Origin: Squalus acanthias
Taxonomy: Eukaryota
DNA: 64,000 bases
Assembly (NCBI GenBank): GCA_030390025.1
Contig: JASTWF010000336.1
Location: 434,001 to 498,000 of the forward strand
Direction of reading: 5' to 3'
Positions 52,788 through 64,000 of this stretch are shown here, in pieces. The position numbers and the translations under genes are program-made. The notes below the pieces were generated by a model. That model saw only the letters and a program-made list of their open reading frames with translations, was not told the DNA's origin and made no database searches. Every line of letters starts with the position of its first letter. Position 1 is the stretch's first letter.

Positions 52788-53242
52788 TAAGTTCAACGGC
52801 AGTCGGGGCTGTGTGTCAGAGGCAGAGTGGAGCAGGAACTAGTTCCGGGACATGGAGTGAGTGGCAGTGCAAGGTAACAGAGAAAGTAAATCACCTCGCT
52901 CTTTCAAATCATTGCTGCTTTCTTCCCCCAAATCAGTAGTGAATGTTCCTGATTCAGTTCCAATCTCACCGTGTCTGTTGTTCTTGGACAGTGAACAGTG
53001 GAAACACAGCCTGACAGTGAGGTTGTGAGCAGTTTCACAAAGTGCATCTATTGCAGGCACCAGGTGAGAAATGTGAATGAACATTTCCAAAATGGGTTAT
53101 TTTGTTTCGGTGCGTTGAGTTCTCCAGAGCCGTGTTCCTGGTGATCGAGAGATACATTCTCGCTCCCTCAGATAAGTCAGGATCCGGGCTCTGGGACATT
53201 CTGTTAACTGCACAGGCCCTCAACTCGGTTTCAATAGACTGA

Positions 53243-53745
53243 AATGGAGGCAGTTCAGAGAAGGTTCACTCGGTTAATTCCTGAGATGAAGGGGTTGTCT
53301 TTTGAAGAAAGGTTGGGCCTATACTCATTGGAGTTTAGAAGAATGAGAGGGGTTCTTATTGAAACATATAAGATTCTGAGGGGGCTTGACAGGGAAGCTG
53401 CAGGGAGGATGTTTCCCCTCGTGGGGGAATCTAAAACTAGGGGGCATAGTTTCAGAATAAAGGGTCGCCCATTTAAAACGGAGATGAGGAGGAATTTCTT
53501 CTCTGAGGGTCGTGAATCTTTCGAATTCTCTACCCAGAGAGCTGTGGAGGCAGAATCATTGAATATATTCAAGGTGGAGATAGACAGATATTTGAGCTAC
53601 AGGGGAGTCAAGGGATGTGGGGAGCGGGCGGGAAAGTGGAGTTGAGGCCAAGGTCAAATCAGCCATGATCCTTTTGAATGGTGGAGCAGGCTCGAGGGGC
53701 CAAATGGCCTTCTCCTGCTCCTATTTCTTATGTTCTTTTGTTCTT
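53243..53745 (+). mobile_element. CR1 LINE 3' fragment
   Basis: EAVQRRFTRLIP...LYSLEFRRMRG plus tail. Confidence 0.9.
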
Positions 53746-54669
53746 ACAGCCCAGGTACCTGTGGTTATATTCCAAGAAGTGATTCAGAATTTTACAGGTA
53801 GTCCCATGAGAATGGGAGATGTAAACCTGGACTGTGCCAATCGGGTGGTCCCATTCATGGTCCAGTGCTGGGTTTGGGTTGTGTCTGGATGCTGATAACT
53901 TACTATAGAACCGTCCTACACACCTGATGTGGAGAATCTGAGTGCCACTGTACTGCAGTGAGGTCAGACAATGACACTGTTTGTATCGCGGTTTCCTCTC
54001 TCCAGATACTTTACCTTATTATAAACAGACACATTGATTATAACTTTATTTTTATATTCTCCCGGCACCTGTCCATATCTTATAACTAATATTGTTCTCT
54101 TATTATTCTCAGAGCAAAATACTTCAACGAGCCAGAATAAATGTGATCTTTCCTACACCCGGAACACAAGGAACAGTGCAGGCAGCTCCTTCTCACACAC
54201 AGTAAGTACATTAGCACTCACAGAGCACAGAGACACAGAACTGGCCTCAATCCTATTATAACAGGCAGCAGAAGCAGTCAGTCCCACAGTGATCTGAATT
54301 TCCAGTGTTACATTATGAATCCCACAGTCACTTGCAGCAGTAGAATAAGATGTTGTTTCAAAGTCCAATCATATCGCAATGGCAGGCAGATTTATTTTCA
54401 CTCCCTCACACACACGAAAAGATAGACACTGATACGGTGTCAATCCACACTGCTGGCTGTACACAGACTCTCAAACCCAACAACTAACAGACAAGACCAG
54501 AGAATCGGAGATAATGGACTGAACTAAACCTCCCCCTGAGACAGTCACAGATAATCTCAAACTAGCTTTGGCCTTACACAAGGTGGAGAAGGAATGGAAT
54601 CCAACAGTCACACAGAGCAAGAATAGTGCAGTACAAGAGACTGTAAATTACATAATGATTCTCACACTC

Positions 54670-57303
54670 ACCTACATTACCAGTCCAACAGATACAGAAA
54701 CAATCCCACACTCACAAACAGTATCAGAGACTAAGAGACACAGAACGATTCATACACTCAGACACAGTGAATGATAGATTGAGAATGAATCACAATCAAT
54801 TGCAGTAATTGAGATTGACTGACTGACAGAAACTCACTCACATACCAGAGACAGACCAGTAGTGAGTGAAATCTACAGTCACTCACCAGAAACTGACAGG
54901 TACAAATAAAACCCATGCTTGCATCCTGCAGACAGACAGATACAGAGTAAAGCCCATATTCACATCTTAGAGACTGAGATACAGAGCAAAACACACGCTC
55001 ACATACCAGAGACTAAAAGCTATAGAGTAAAATCAACTCTCACCTGAACGTGACTGACACAGAGTCAAACTCACTCTAACATACCAGAAACTGACAGGCA
55101 CGGAATAAAATCAACATTCACATAATAGAAACTGACTGATACAGAACACAAACTCACACTCACATACCAGTGACAGACAGCTACAGGGTAAAATTCACAC
55201 TCTCATACCAGAAACTGACAGGTACATTAAAAAATCCACATTCGCATACCAGAAACTGCCAGGTACAGTATACAACCCACACTCACATACCAGAAACTGA
55301 CAGCTACTGGGTAAAATTCACACTCTCATACCAGAAACTGACAGGTACAGTATAAAACCCACACTCACATGCTAGAAACTGACAGGAACAGTATACAACC
55401 CACACTCACATACCAGAAACTGACAGGTACAGTATACAACCCACACTCACATACCAGAAACTGACAGGTACAGTATAAAACCCACACACACATTCCAGAA
55501 AATGACAGGTACAGTATAAAACACACACACACATTCCAGAAACTGACAGGTACAGGACAAAACCCAACTCACATACCACAAACTGACAGGTACAGTATAA
55601 AATCCATACTCGCATACCAGAAACTGACAGATACTGAAAGAACCTCATTGTCACACACAGTACCAGGGACTGACAAATCCAGAATTAATCACACACTGAC
55701 AGAGTATCAAAGTCTGAGAGATAAAGATTGGATATAACTCTCACATACAGTATCACAGATTAACAGACCCAGAATTAATCTTTCTCTCACATAAGGTATC
55801 AGAGACTGACAGTTGTAAAATAATTCCCAAATTCTCATGCCATGCCAGAAACTGACTGACATAGAATACATCTCACTCTCACATACAGCACCAGAGACTG
55901 ACAGATACTGAATTAATCTAACTCTCACATAGAGAATCTTAGACTGACAGAGAGAGAATGAAGCTCACACTAACTTAGTGACAGGGCCTGACAGACACAG
56001 AATGATCCCACACTCACATACAGTACCAGAAAATGAGAGAGACAAAATGAATCCCACTCTGATGCAGAATATTAAAGACTGACTGATACAGAATGAAACT
56101 GAATCTCACACATAACACCAGAGACTGGCAGATACAGAATGTATCTCACTGTCACATAGAGTATCAGACACTGACTAATACAGAATCAATCCCACACTGA
56201 CACAGATTATCAGAGACTGACAGGTACAGAATAAATCTCACGCTCACATACAGTATCAGAGACTGACAGATACAGAATGAATCCGAAACTCACATGCCAT
56301 ACCAAGAACTGACAGATGTAGAATAAATTTCAATCTCACATACAGTATCACAGATTGGCAGAGAGAGAGAATGAATCTCACACTGACAAAGAGTATCATA
56401 GGGTGACAGACACAGAATTAATACACACTCGTAATACAGTACCAGAAAATTATAGAGACAAGATTAACCCCACATTAAAGACTGATTGGTACAGAATGAA
56501 TCTCATTCTCACATACAGCACCAGAGATTGACAGATATATAATTACTCTAACATACACATACAGAACACAGACTGATAGACAGAATGAATCTCACACTGA
56601 TACAGAGTATCAGAGGGCCTGACAGATACAGAATTAATCTCAAACTAACATCAAGTACCAGAGACTGATAGATGCAGTACAAATCCCACATTCATAAACC
56701 GAGTGAGTAGCAGATTCATGCGGAATCCTTCGCTGAAATACAGTACCAGAGACAGACAGATTCAGATCTAATCAGACACTCACACTCAGTACCAGAGACA
56801 GACAGATACAGAATGAACCTCAGACTCACACACAGTACCAGAGACTGACAGATACAGAATGAACCTCAGACTCACACACAGTACCAGAGACTGACAGATA
56901 CAGAATTAATCTCAGACTCGCACGGCCCAGTGACAGACAGATACAAAATTAATGTCACACACACGTACACTACCAGAGAATGTCTGATTCAGAATGAATC
57001 CCAACACTGACACACGGTACCAGAGTCTGTCGGATACAGATAGAATCCCACCCTGACACATGGTACCAGTGACGGACAGGAAACAAATAAGAACATAAGA
57101 AATAGGAGCAGGAGTCGGCCATTTAGCCCTTCGAGCCTGCTCCGCCATTCAATAGATGATTGCTGATCTTCTACCTCATCTCCACTTTCCTGCACTATCC
57201 CACACTCTTTCCTGGATCCCACACTCTCATAGTGTAACAGAGACTTAGATTGAGAATGATTCCCACACTTACATAAATCACCAGAGACTGAGTGATAGAG
57301 AAC
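54670..57303. repeat. 41/46-bp minisatellite domain, partly paralogous to 26880-28718
   Basis: Same units; shared landmark TCAAAGTCTGAGAGATAAAGATTGG at 27186 and 55707. Confidence 0.88.
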
Positions 57304-57945
57304 TATTCACAGTAGAGGACACTAAAACCATCCCAGTAATAGTAGAAAATCACTACAAAAGGGAGGAAGGAACTTAAAACAATCACTATCACAAGAGAAA
57401 AAGTGGGTCTAAAGGCTGACAAGTCCCCTGGACCTGATGGCCTGCATCCTAGGGTCTTAAAAGAAGTGGCTACAGAGATAGTGGATGCATTGGTTGTAAT
57501 CTTCCAAAATTCCCATGACTCTGGAAAAGTCCCAGCAGATTGGAAAACCGCAAATGTAACATCCTTATTCAAAAAAGGAGGGAGACAGAAAGCAGGAAAC
57601 TATAGGCCAGTTAGCCTAACATCTGTCATTGGCAAAATGCTCCAATCCATTATTAAGGAAGAAATAGCAGGGCATTTAGAAAATCATAATAAAATCAAGC
57701 AGAATCAGCATGGTTTTATGAAAAGGAAATCGTGTTTGACAAATCTATTAGAGTTCTTTGAGGAGGTAACGAGCAGAGTGGATAAAGGGGAACCAGTAGA
57801 TGCAGTGTATTTGGATTTCCAAAAGGCATTCGACAAGGTGCCACATAAAAGGTTACTGCATAAGATAAGAGCTCATGGTGTTGGGGGTAATATATTAGCA
57901 TGGATAGAGGATTGGCTCACTACCAGAAAACAGAGAGTCGGGATA
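57304..57945 (+). mobile_element. CR1 LINE RT fragment
   Basis: KSPGPDGLHPRVLKE...YLDFQKAFDKVPH. Confidence 0.9.
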
Positions 57946-59985
57946 GAGTCATAGAATCATAACGGCACAGAAGGAGGCCATTCGGCCCATCGAGTCCGTG
58001 CCGGCTCTCTGCAGTGCAATCGAGTCAGTCCCATTCCCCGCTCTATCCCTGTAGCCCTGCAAGTTTATTTCCCTCAAGTGCCTATCCAGTCTCCCCTTAA
58101 ACATTGAGTGTGTCCACTTCCACCACTTCCGTTGGCAGCGAGTTCCAGGTCCTCACCACTCGCTGCGTAAAAAAGTTTTTCCTCACGTCCCCCCTGTATC
58201 TCTTGCCCAAAACCTTAAATCTGTGTCCCCTAGTCCTTGTACCATCAACTAGTGAGAACAGCCTTTCCCCATCTAGACTATCCAAACCCGTCATAATCTT
58301 GTACACCTCTATCAAATCACCCCTCAACCTCCTTTACTCTAATGAAAACCAATCCAGCTTCTCCAACCTGTCCTTGTAGCTAAGATCCCCCATCCCCGGA
58401 ACCATTCTGGTAAATCACCTCTGCACCCTCTCAAGCGCCTTCACATCCTTCCTAAAGTGTGGTGACCAGAACTGGACGCAATACTCCAGTTGTGGCCTAA
58501 CTAGCACTTTATAAAGATTCAGCATAACTTCTCTACTTTTCTACTCAATACCTCTATTTATGAAACCCAAGGTCCCATATGCTTTGCTAACCACTCTCTC
58601 AATATGTCCTGCCACCTTTAGGGACCTATGCACTTTAACTCCCAGGTCCCTCTGTCCCTGCACACTCTTTAAAACTGTGCCATTAAGTGTATATTGCCTC
58701 TCCCTGTTCCTTCTGCCAAAATGCATCACCTCACACTTCTCTGTATTAAATTCCATCTGCCACTTGTCTGCCCATTCTGCCTTTCTATGTCCTGTTGCAG
58801 TCGATTGGTGTCATCCTCACTGTTTGCCACACGCCCAAGTTTGGTGTCATCGGCAAATTTAGAACTTTGTATTCCATTATACAGGTCATTTATATATGTC
58901 AAAAAAAGCAGTGGCCCCAGCACTGACGCTTGGGGAACACCACTGTCTACCATCCTCCAGTGTGAAAAACAGCCATTTAGCACAACTCGCTGTTTTCTGT
59001 CCCTAAGCCAGTTCCTTATTCAAGCTGCCACTGACCCACCTATTCCATGAGCCTCAATTTTGTTAACCAGCCTTCTATGTGGTACTTTGTCAAATGCCTT
59101 CCGAAAATCCATGTAGACAACATCCATTGCATTCCCTTCATCGATCCTCCTTTTTACTTCATCAAAAAATTCTATTTGATTAGTCAAACATGATCTGCCT
59201 TTTACAAATCCGTGTTGGCTCTCCTTAATTAGCTTAAACCTCTCCAAGTGCCTGCTAATTTTTTCCTTGATTATTGTTTCTAAAACTTTACCCATCACTG
59301 ATGTTAAACTGACCGGCCTGTAGTTATTAGGATTGTGCTTGCACCCTTTCTTGAACAATGGTGTCACACTTGCCACTTTCCAATCCTCAGGCACCTCCCC
59401 CGCAACTAGGGAAGATTGGAAAATTATGGCAAGCCCTTCCGCTATCTCCTCCCCCAATTCCCTTAGCAATCTATGATGCAAGCCATCTGGACCAGGTGAT
59501 TTATCCAATCTAAGCATACCCAGCCTTTCTAGTACAACCTGTCTATCAATTTTCACCCCTTCCATTGCTTCTACCTTTTCCACTGCTACTGATATTTTGT
59601 CTGCATCCTCATCCTCAGTAAACACCGATACAAAGTACTCATTGAGTATTGTAACCTTGCCCTGCTCCTCTAAGCATATATCACCTTCTTTGTCGCTATT
59701 GGCCCCACCCCGCCTCTTACTACCCCCTTACTGTTTACATGACGGTACAAGATTTTTGGGTTCCCTTTTATGTTAACCGCCATTCTACTCTCATATTCTC
59801 TCTTTGCCAATCTTATTTTCATCTTCACTTCCCCTCTCAACTTATTGTATTTGGTCTGGTTCTCCCTGGAAGAATTCACCTGACATGCATCATACAGCCT
59901 CTTTTTTTGTTTCATCATCTTCTCTATCTCCCTCGTCATCCAAGGAGCTCTTGCTTTGGTTCCCTTACCCTTCCCTGTTGTTGAA
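57946..59985 (-). mobile_element. CR1 LINE (RT + 3' end), degenerate
   Basis: Several minus-strand ORF2 pieces and reversed tail. Confidence 0.9.
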
Positions 59986-60799
59986 ATGTGTTCTTGAAAG
60001 AACACATTTCAAAAATCAGTTATTTTGTTTCAGTGCGTTAAGTTCTCCAGAACCATGTTTTTGGTGATCGAGAGATACATTGTCGCTCCCTCAGATACAT
60101 CAGGATCCGGGCTCTGTGACATTCTGATAACTGCACAGGCCCTCAACTCGGTTTCAATAGACTGAAAACAATTGTTGTACAGCCGAGGTACCTGTGGTTA
60201 TATTCCAGGAAGCGATCCAGAATTTTACATGTAGTCCCATGGGAATGGGAGATATAAATCTGGACTGTGCCAATCGGGTGGTCCCATTCATGGTCCAGTG
60301 CTGGGTTTGGGTTGTGTCTGGATGCTGATAACTTACTATAGAACCGTCCTACACACCTGGTGTGGAGAATCTGAGTGCCGCTGTACTGCAGTGAGGTCAG
60401 ACAATGACACTGTTTATATCGCGGTTTCCTCTCTCCAGATACTTTACTTTATTATAAACAAACACATTCATTATAACTTTATTTTTATATTCTCCCGGCA
60501 CCTGTCCATATCTTATAACTAATATTATTCTCTTATTATTCCCTAGGAAAATACTTCAATGTGCCAGAATAAATGTGATCTTTCCTCCACCCAGTCACAA
60601 GGAACAGTGCAGGCAGCTCCTTCTCACACACAGTAAGTACATTATCACTCACAGTGCACAGAGACACAGAACTGGCCTCAATCCTATTATCACAGGCAGC
60701 AGAAGCAGTCAGTCCCACAGTGATCCGAATTTCCACAGTTACATTCGGAATCCCACAGTCATTTGCAGCAGTAGAATAAGATGTTGTTTCAAAGTCCAA

Positions 60800-62717
60800 A
60801 CATAGAACATAGAAAAATAGGAGCAGGAGTAGGCCATTCGAGCCTGCTCCACCATTCAATATGATCATGGCTGATCCTCTATTACAATACCATATTCCTG
60901 CTCTCTCCCCATACCCCTTTACGCCTTTTACGTCCAGAAATCTATCTACTTCTTAAATATATTCAGTGACTTGGCCTCCACAGGTGCAGTAGAGAATTCC
61001 ACAGGTTCACCACCATCTGACTAAAGAAATTTCTCCTCATCTCAGTCCTAAATGTCCTACCCCATATCCTGAGACTGTGACCCCTCGTTCTCGACCCCCC
61101 AGCCAGAGGAAACATCCTCCCTGCATCCAGTCTGTCTAGCCCTGTCAGAATTTTATACATTTCAATGAGATCCCCTCTCATTCTTCCAAACTCGAGTGAA
61201 TACAGGCCTAGTTGACCCAATCATACAACAGACCTGCCATCCCAGGAATCAGTCTGGTGAACCTTCGCTGCACTCCCTCTATGGCAAGTATATCCTTTCT
61301 TAGGTAAGGAGACCAAAACTGCACACAGTGCTCCAGGTGTAGTCTCACCAAGGCCCTGTATAACTGCAGTAAGACATCCTTGCTCCTGTACTCAAATCAT
61401 CTTGCAATGAAGGCCAACATACCATTTGCCTTCCTAACTGCTTGCTGCACCAGCATGTTTGCTTTCAGTGACTGGTGTACAGGACACCCAGTTCCCTTTG
61501 TACATCAAAATTTCCCAATCTATCACCATTTAAATAATACTCTACCTTTCTGTTTTTCCTACCTAAGTGGATAACTTCACATTTATCCACGTTATACTGC
61601 ATCTGCCATGTATTTGCCCACTCACTCAACTTGTCTAAATCGCCTTGAAGCCTCTTTGCATCCTCCTCACAACTCACAATTCCACCTAGTTTCCTGTCGT
61701 CAGCAAACTTGGAAATATTACATTTGGTTCCCTCATCCAAATCATTGATATATATTGTGAATAGCTGGGGCCCAAGCACTGATCCCTGTGGTACCCCACT
61801 AGTCACCGCCTGCCACCCCGGAAAAGACCCATTTATTCCTACTCTCTGTTTCCTGTCTATTAACCAATTTTCAATCCATGTCAGGATATTACCCCCAATC
61901 CCATGTGCTTTAATTTTGCACATTAACCTCTTATGTGGGACTTTATCAAAGGCCTTCTGAAAATCCAAATACACCACATCCACTGGTTCTCCCTTATCTA
62001 TTCTACCAGTTACATCCTCAAAAAATTCCAGTAGGTTTGTCAAATACGATTTCCCTTTCATAAATCTATGTTGAATTTGTCTAATCCCGTTGATATTTTC
62101 TAAGTGTCCTGTTATCACATCCTGTATAATAGACTCTAGCATTTTCCCTACTACTGATGTTAGGCTAACCGGTCTGTAGTTCCCTGTTTTCTCTCTCGCA
62201 CCTTTTTTAAATAGTAGGGTTACATTTGCCACCCTCCAATCTGCAGGAACTGTTCCATAATCTATAGAATTTTGGAAGATGACAACCGATGCATCCACTA
62301 TTTCCATGGCTACCTCTTTTAGTACTCTGGGATGCAGATTATCAGGCCCTGGGGATTTATCGGCTTTCTGTCCCATTAATTTCTCCAGCACTATTTTTTT
62401 ACGAATACTAATTTCCTTTCAGTCCTCCTTCTCACTAGACCCTTGGGTCCTTAGCATTTCTGGGAAGTTATTTGTGTTCTCTTCCATGAAGACAGAAGCA
62501 AAGTATTTGTTTAATTGCTCTGCTATTTCCTTGTTCCCCATTATAAATTATCTCGTTTCTGACTGTAAGGGACCTACATTTGTCTTCACTAATCTTTTTC
62601 TTTTTACATACTTGTAGAAGCTTTTACAATCTGCTTTTATGTTCCTTGCAAGCTTACTCTCATACTCTATTTTTCCCCTCTTAGTCAATCTCTTGTTCCT
62701 TTTTTGCTGAACTCTAA
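60800..62717 (-). mobile_element. CR1 LINE (RT + 3' end), closely related to 36507-38430
   Basis: 308-aa RT ORF 61465-62391 with FADD. Confidence 0.92.
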
Positions 62718-63020
62718 AGGGTGGTGAATCTTTGGAATTCTCTATCCCAGAGGGCTTTGGAAGCTCAGTTGTTGAGTATATTCAAGACAGAGATCGATCG
62801 ATTTTTGAATATTAAGGGAAACAAGGGATATGGGGATAGTTCAGGAAAGTGGAGTTGAGGTAGAAGATCAGCCATGATCTTATTGAATGGTGGAGCAGAC
62901 TCAAAGGGCCAAATGGCCGACTCCTGCTCTTATTTCTTATGTTCTTATGTTCTAATTGATTGTTGTACCTGCATGTTAAATTTCTGCAATTCATGTAAAA
63001 GGACACTCAAATCCCTCTGA
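62718..63020. mobile_element. CR1 3' end (+) with attached inverted fragment
   Basis: Paralogous to 23478-23717. Confidence 0.75.
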
Positions 63021-64000
63021 ATAGGGACAGAGGAAAACCCACACTCACATACCAGAGACTGTCAGGGACAGAGTAAAATCCTCAATCATATAACAGAAAC
63101 TGACAGATACATCATACAATCCACTCACACATACCAGAAACCAACAGGTACAAAATAAAGCCCACACTCACATACCAGACACTGACTGGTACAAAGAAAA
63201 ACCCACACTCACATCCCAGAGACAGACAGGTACAGAGTAAAACACACACACGTGGCAGAAACTGACAACTACAGACGGAAACCCACACTCACATCCCAGA
63301 GACATAAGAATTAGAAGCAGGAGTAGACCGTACGGCCCCTCGAGCCTCACAGATACAGAATAAAGCCACAGTCACACACCAGAGACTGTCAGGTACAGAA
63401 TTACCACCCACTCTTCCATACCAGAAACTGACGGGTAAAGATTAAAACCAACCCTCGGAAACCAGAAACTGACAGATATAGAAAAAAAAACACCCTCGCA
63501 CACCACAGACTAACAGATACAGAGTAAAATCCACATTCACGTACCAGAGACTGACAGGTACAGATTGAATCACACACTGACACAGAGTATCAGAGGGTGA
63601 CAGACACAGAATGGATCCCACACTCACATACAGTACCAGAAAATGATAGACAAAATGAATCCCATACTGGCACTGATTATGAAAGACTGACTGATACAGA
63701 ATGAATCTCACTCTCACACATAATCCAGAGACTGACAGAGAATGTACCTCACTGTCACAAAAAGTACCAGAAACTGACAAAAACAGAATCAATCACACAA
63801 TGACAAGAGTATCAGAGACAGACATACAGAATGATTCTTACTCTCACACACAGTACCGGAGACTGAGAGACACAGCATTAATCTAAATCTCACATGGAGC
63901 TCCAGAGACTGACAGAAACAGAATTAACCTCACTCTCACATACAGTATCAGAGACTGTCATTTACAGAATTAATCTAACTGTCACATACAGTATCAGAGA
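63021..64000. repeat. 41/46-bp minisatellite domain, paralogous to 19041-20760 and 23718-26550
   Basis: Same ordered unit variants. Confidence 0.88.

Larger units (their letters stand above)
52113..54670. repeat. Copy of the ~1.4-kb spacer unit with CpG-rich leader, interrupted by Penelope and CR1 pieces
   Basis: Matches 12104-12750 and 15905-17340. Confidence 0.88.

Overview
Eukaryotic DNA, most likely from a cartilaginous fish (inferred from a SacSINE1/DeuSINE-type SINE, the CR1/L2/Penelope families present and shark-type H1/H2B sequences). It is part of a replication-dependent histone gene cluster. Gene order: H3 5' stub(-), H4(-), H1(-), then H2B(+), H2A(+, 1-bp frameshift), H4(+), H2B relic, tRNA-Gly pseudogene and tRNA-Gly(TCC), H2A(+, split by a CR1 LINE), H3(-), H4(-), H1(-), H2B relic and H4 relic. 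Every full-length histone gene has the 16-nt 3' stem-loop. The H3-H4-H1 block and its spacer recur about 40-41 kb later. The remainder is many CR1 LINE fragments, the 3' half of a Tx1-clade LINE, a 1.63-kb solo LTR, Penelope-like elements, a 41/46-bp degenerate satellite and a ~1.4-kb repeated spacer unit with conserved splice-like signals. Main points of interest: (i) minimal type I hammerhead ribozymes in two distinct Penelope families, including one on each strand of a 2.5-kb element with ~500-bp inverted arms; (ii) all H4 copies encode Thr1 instead of Ser1; (iii) histone genes are knocked out by retroelements, and no H2A in the window reads as intact; (iv) a candidate spliced non-coding transcript lies head-to-head with a dead H4 promoter. 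No prokaryotic systems or CRISPR arrays were seen. All calls come from reading the sequence; no searches were run, and TE boundaries without TSDs are approximate.
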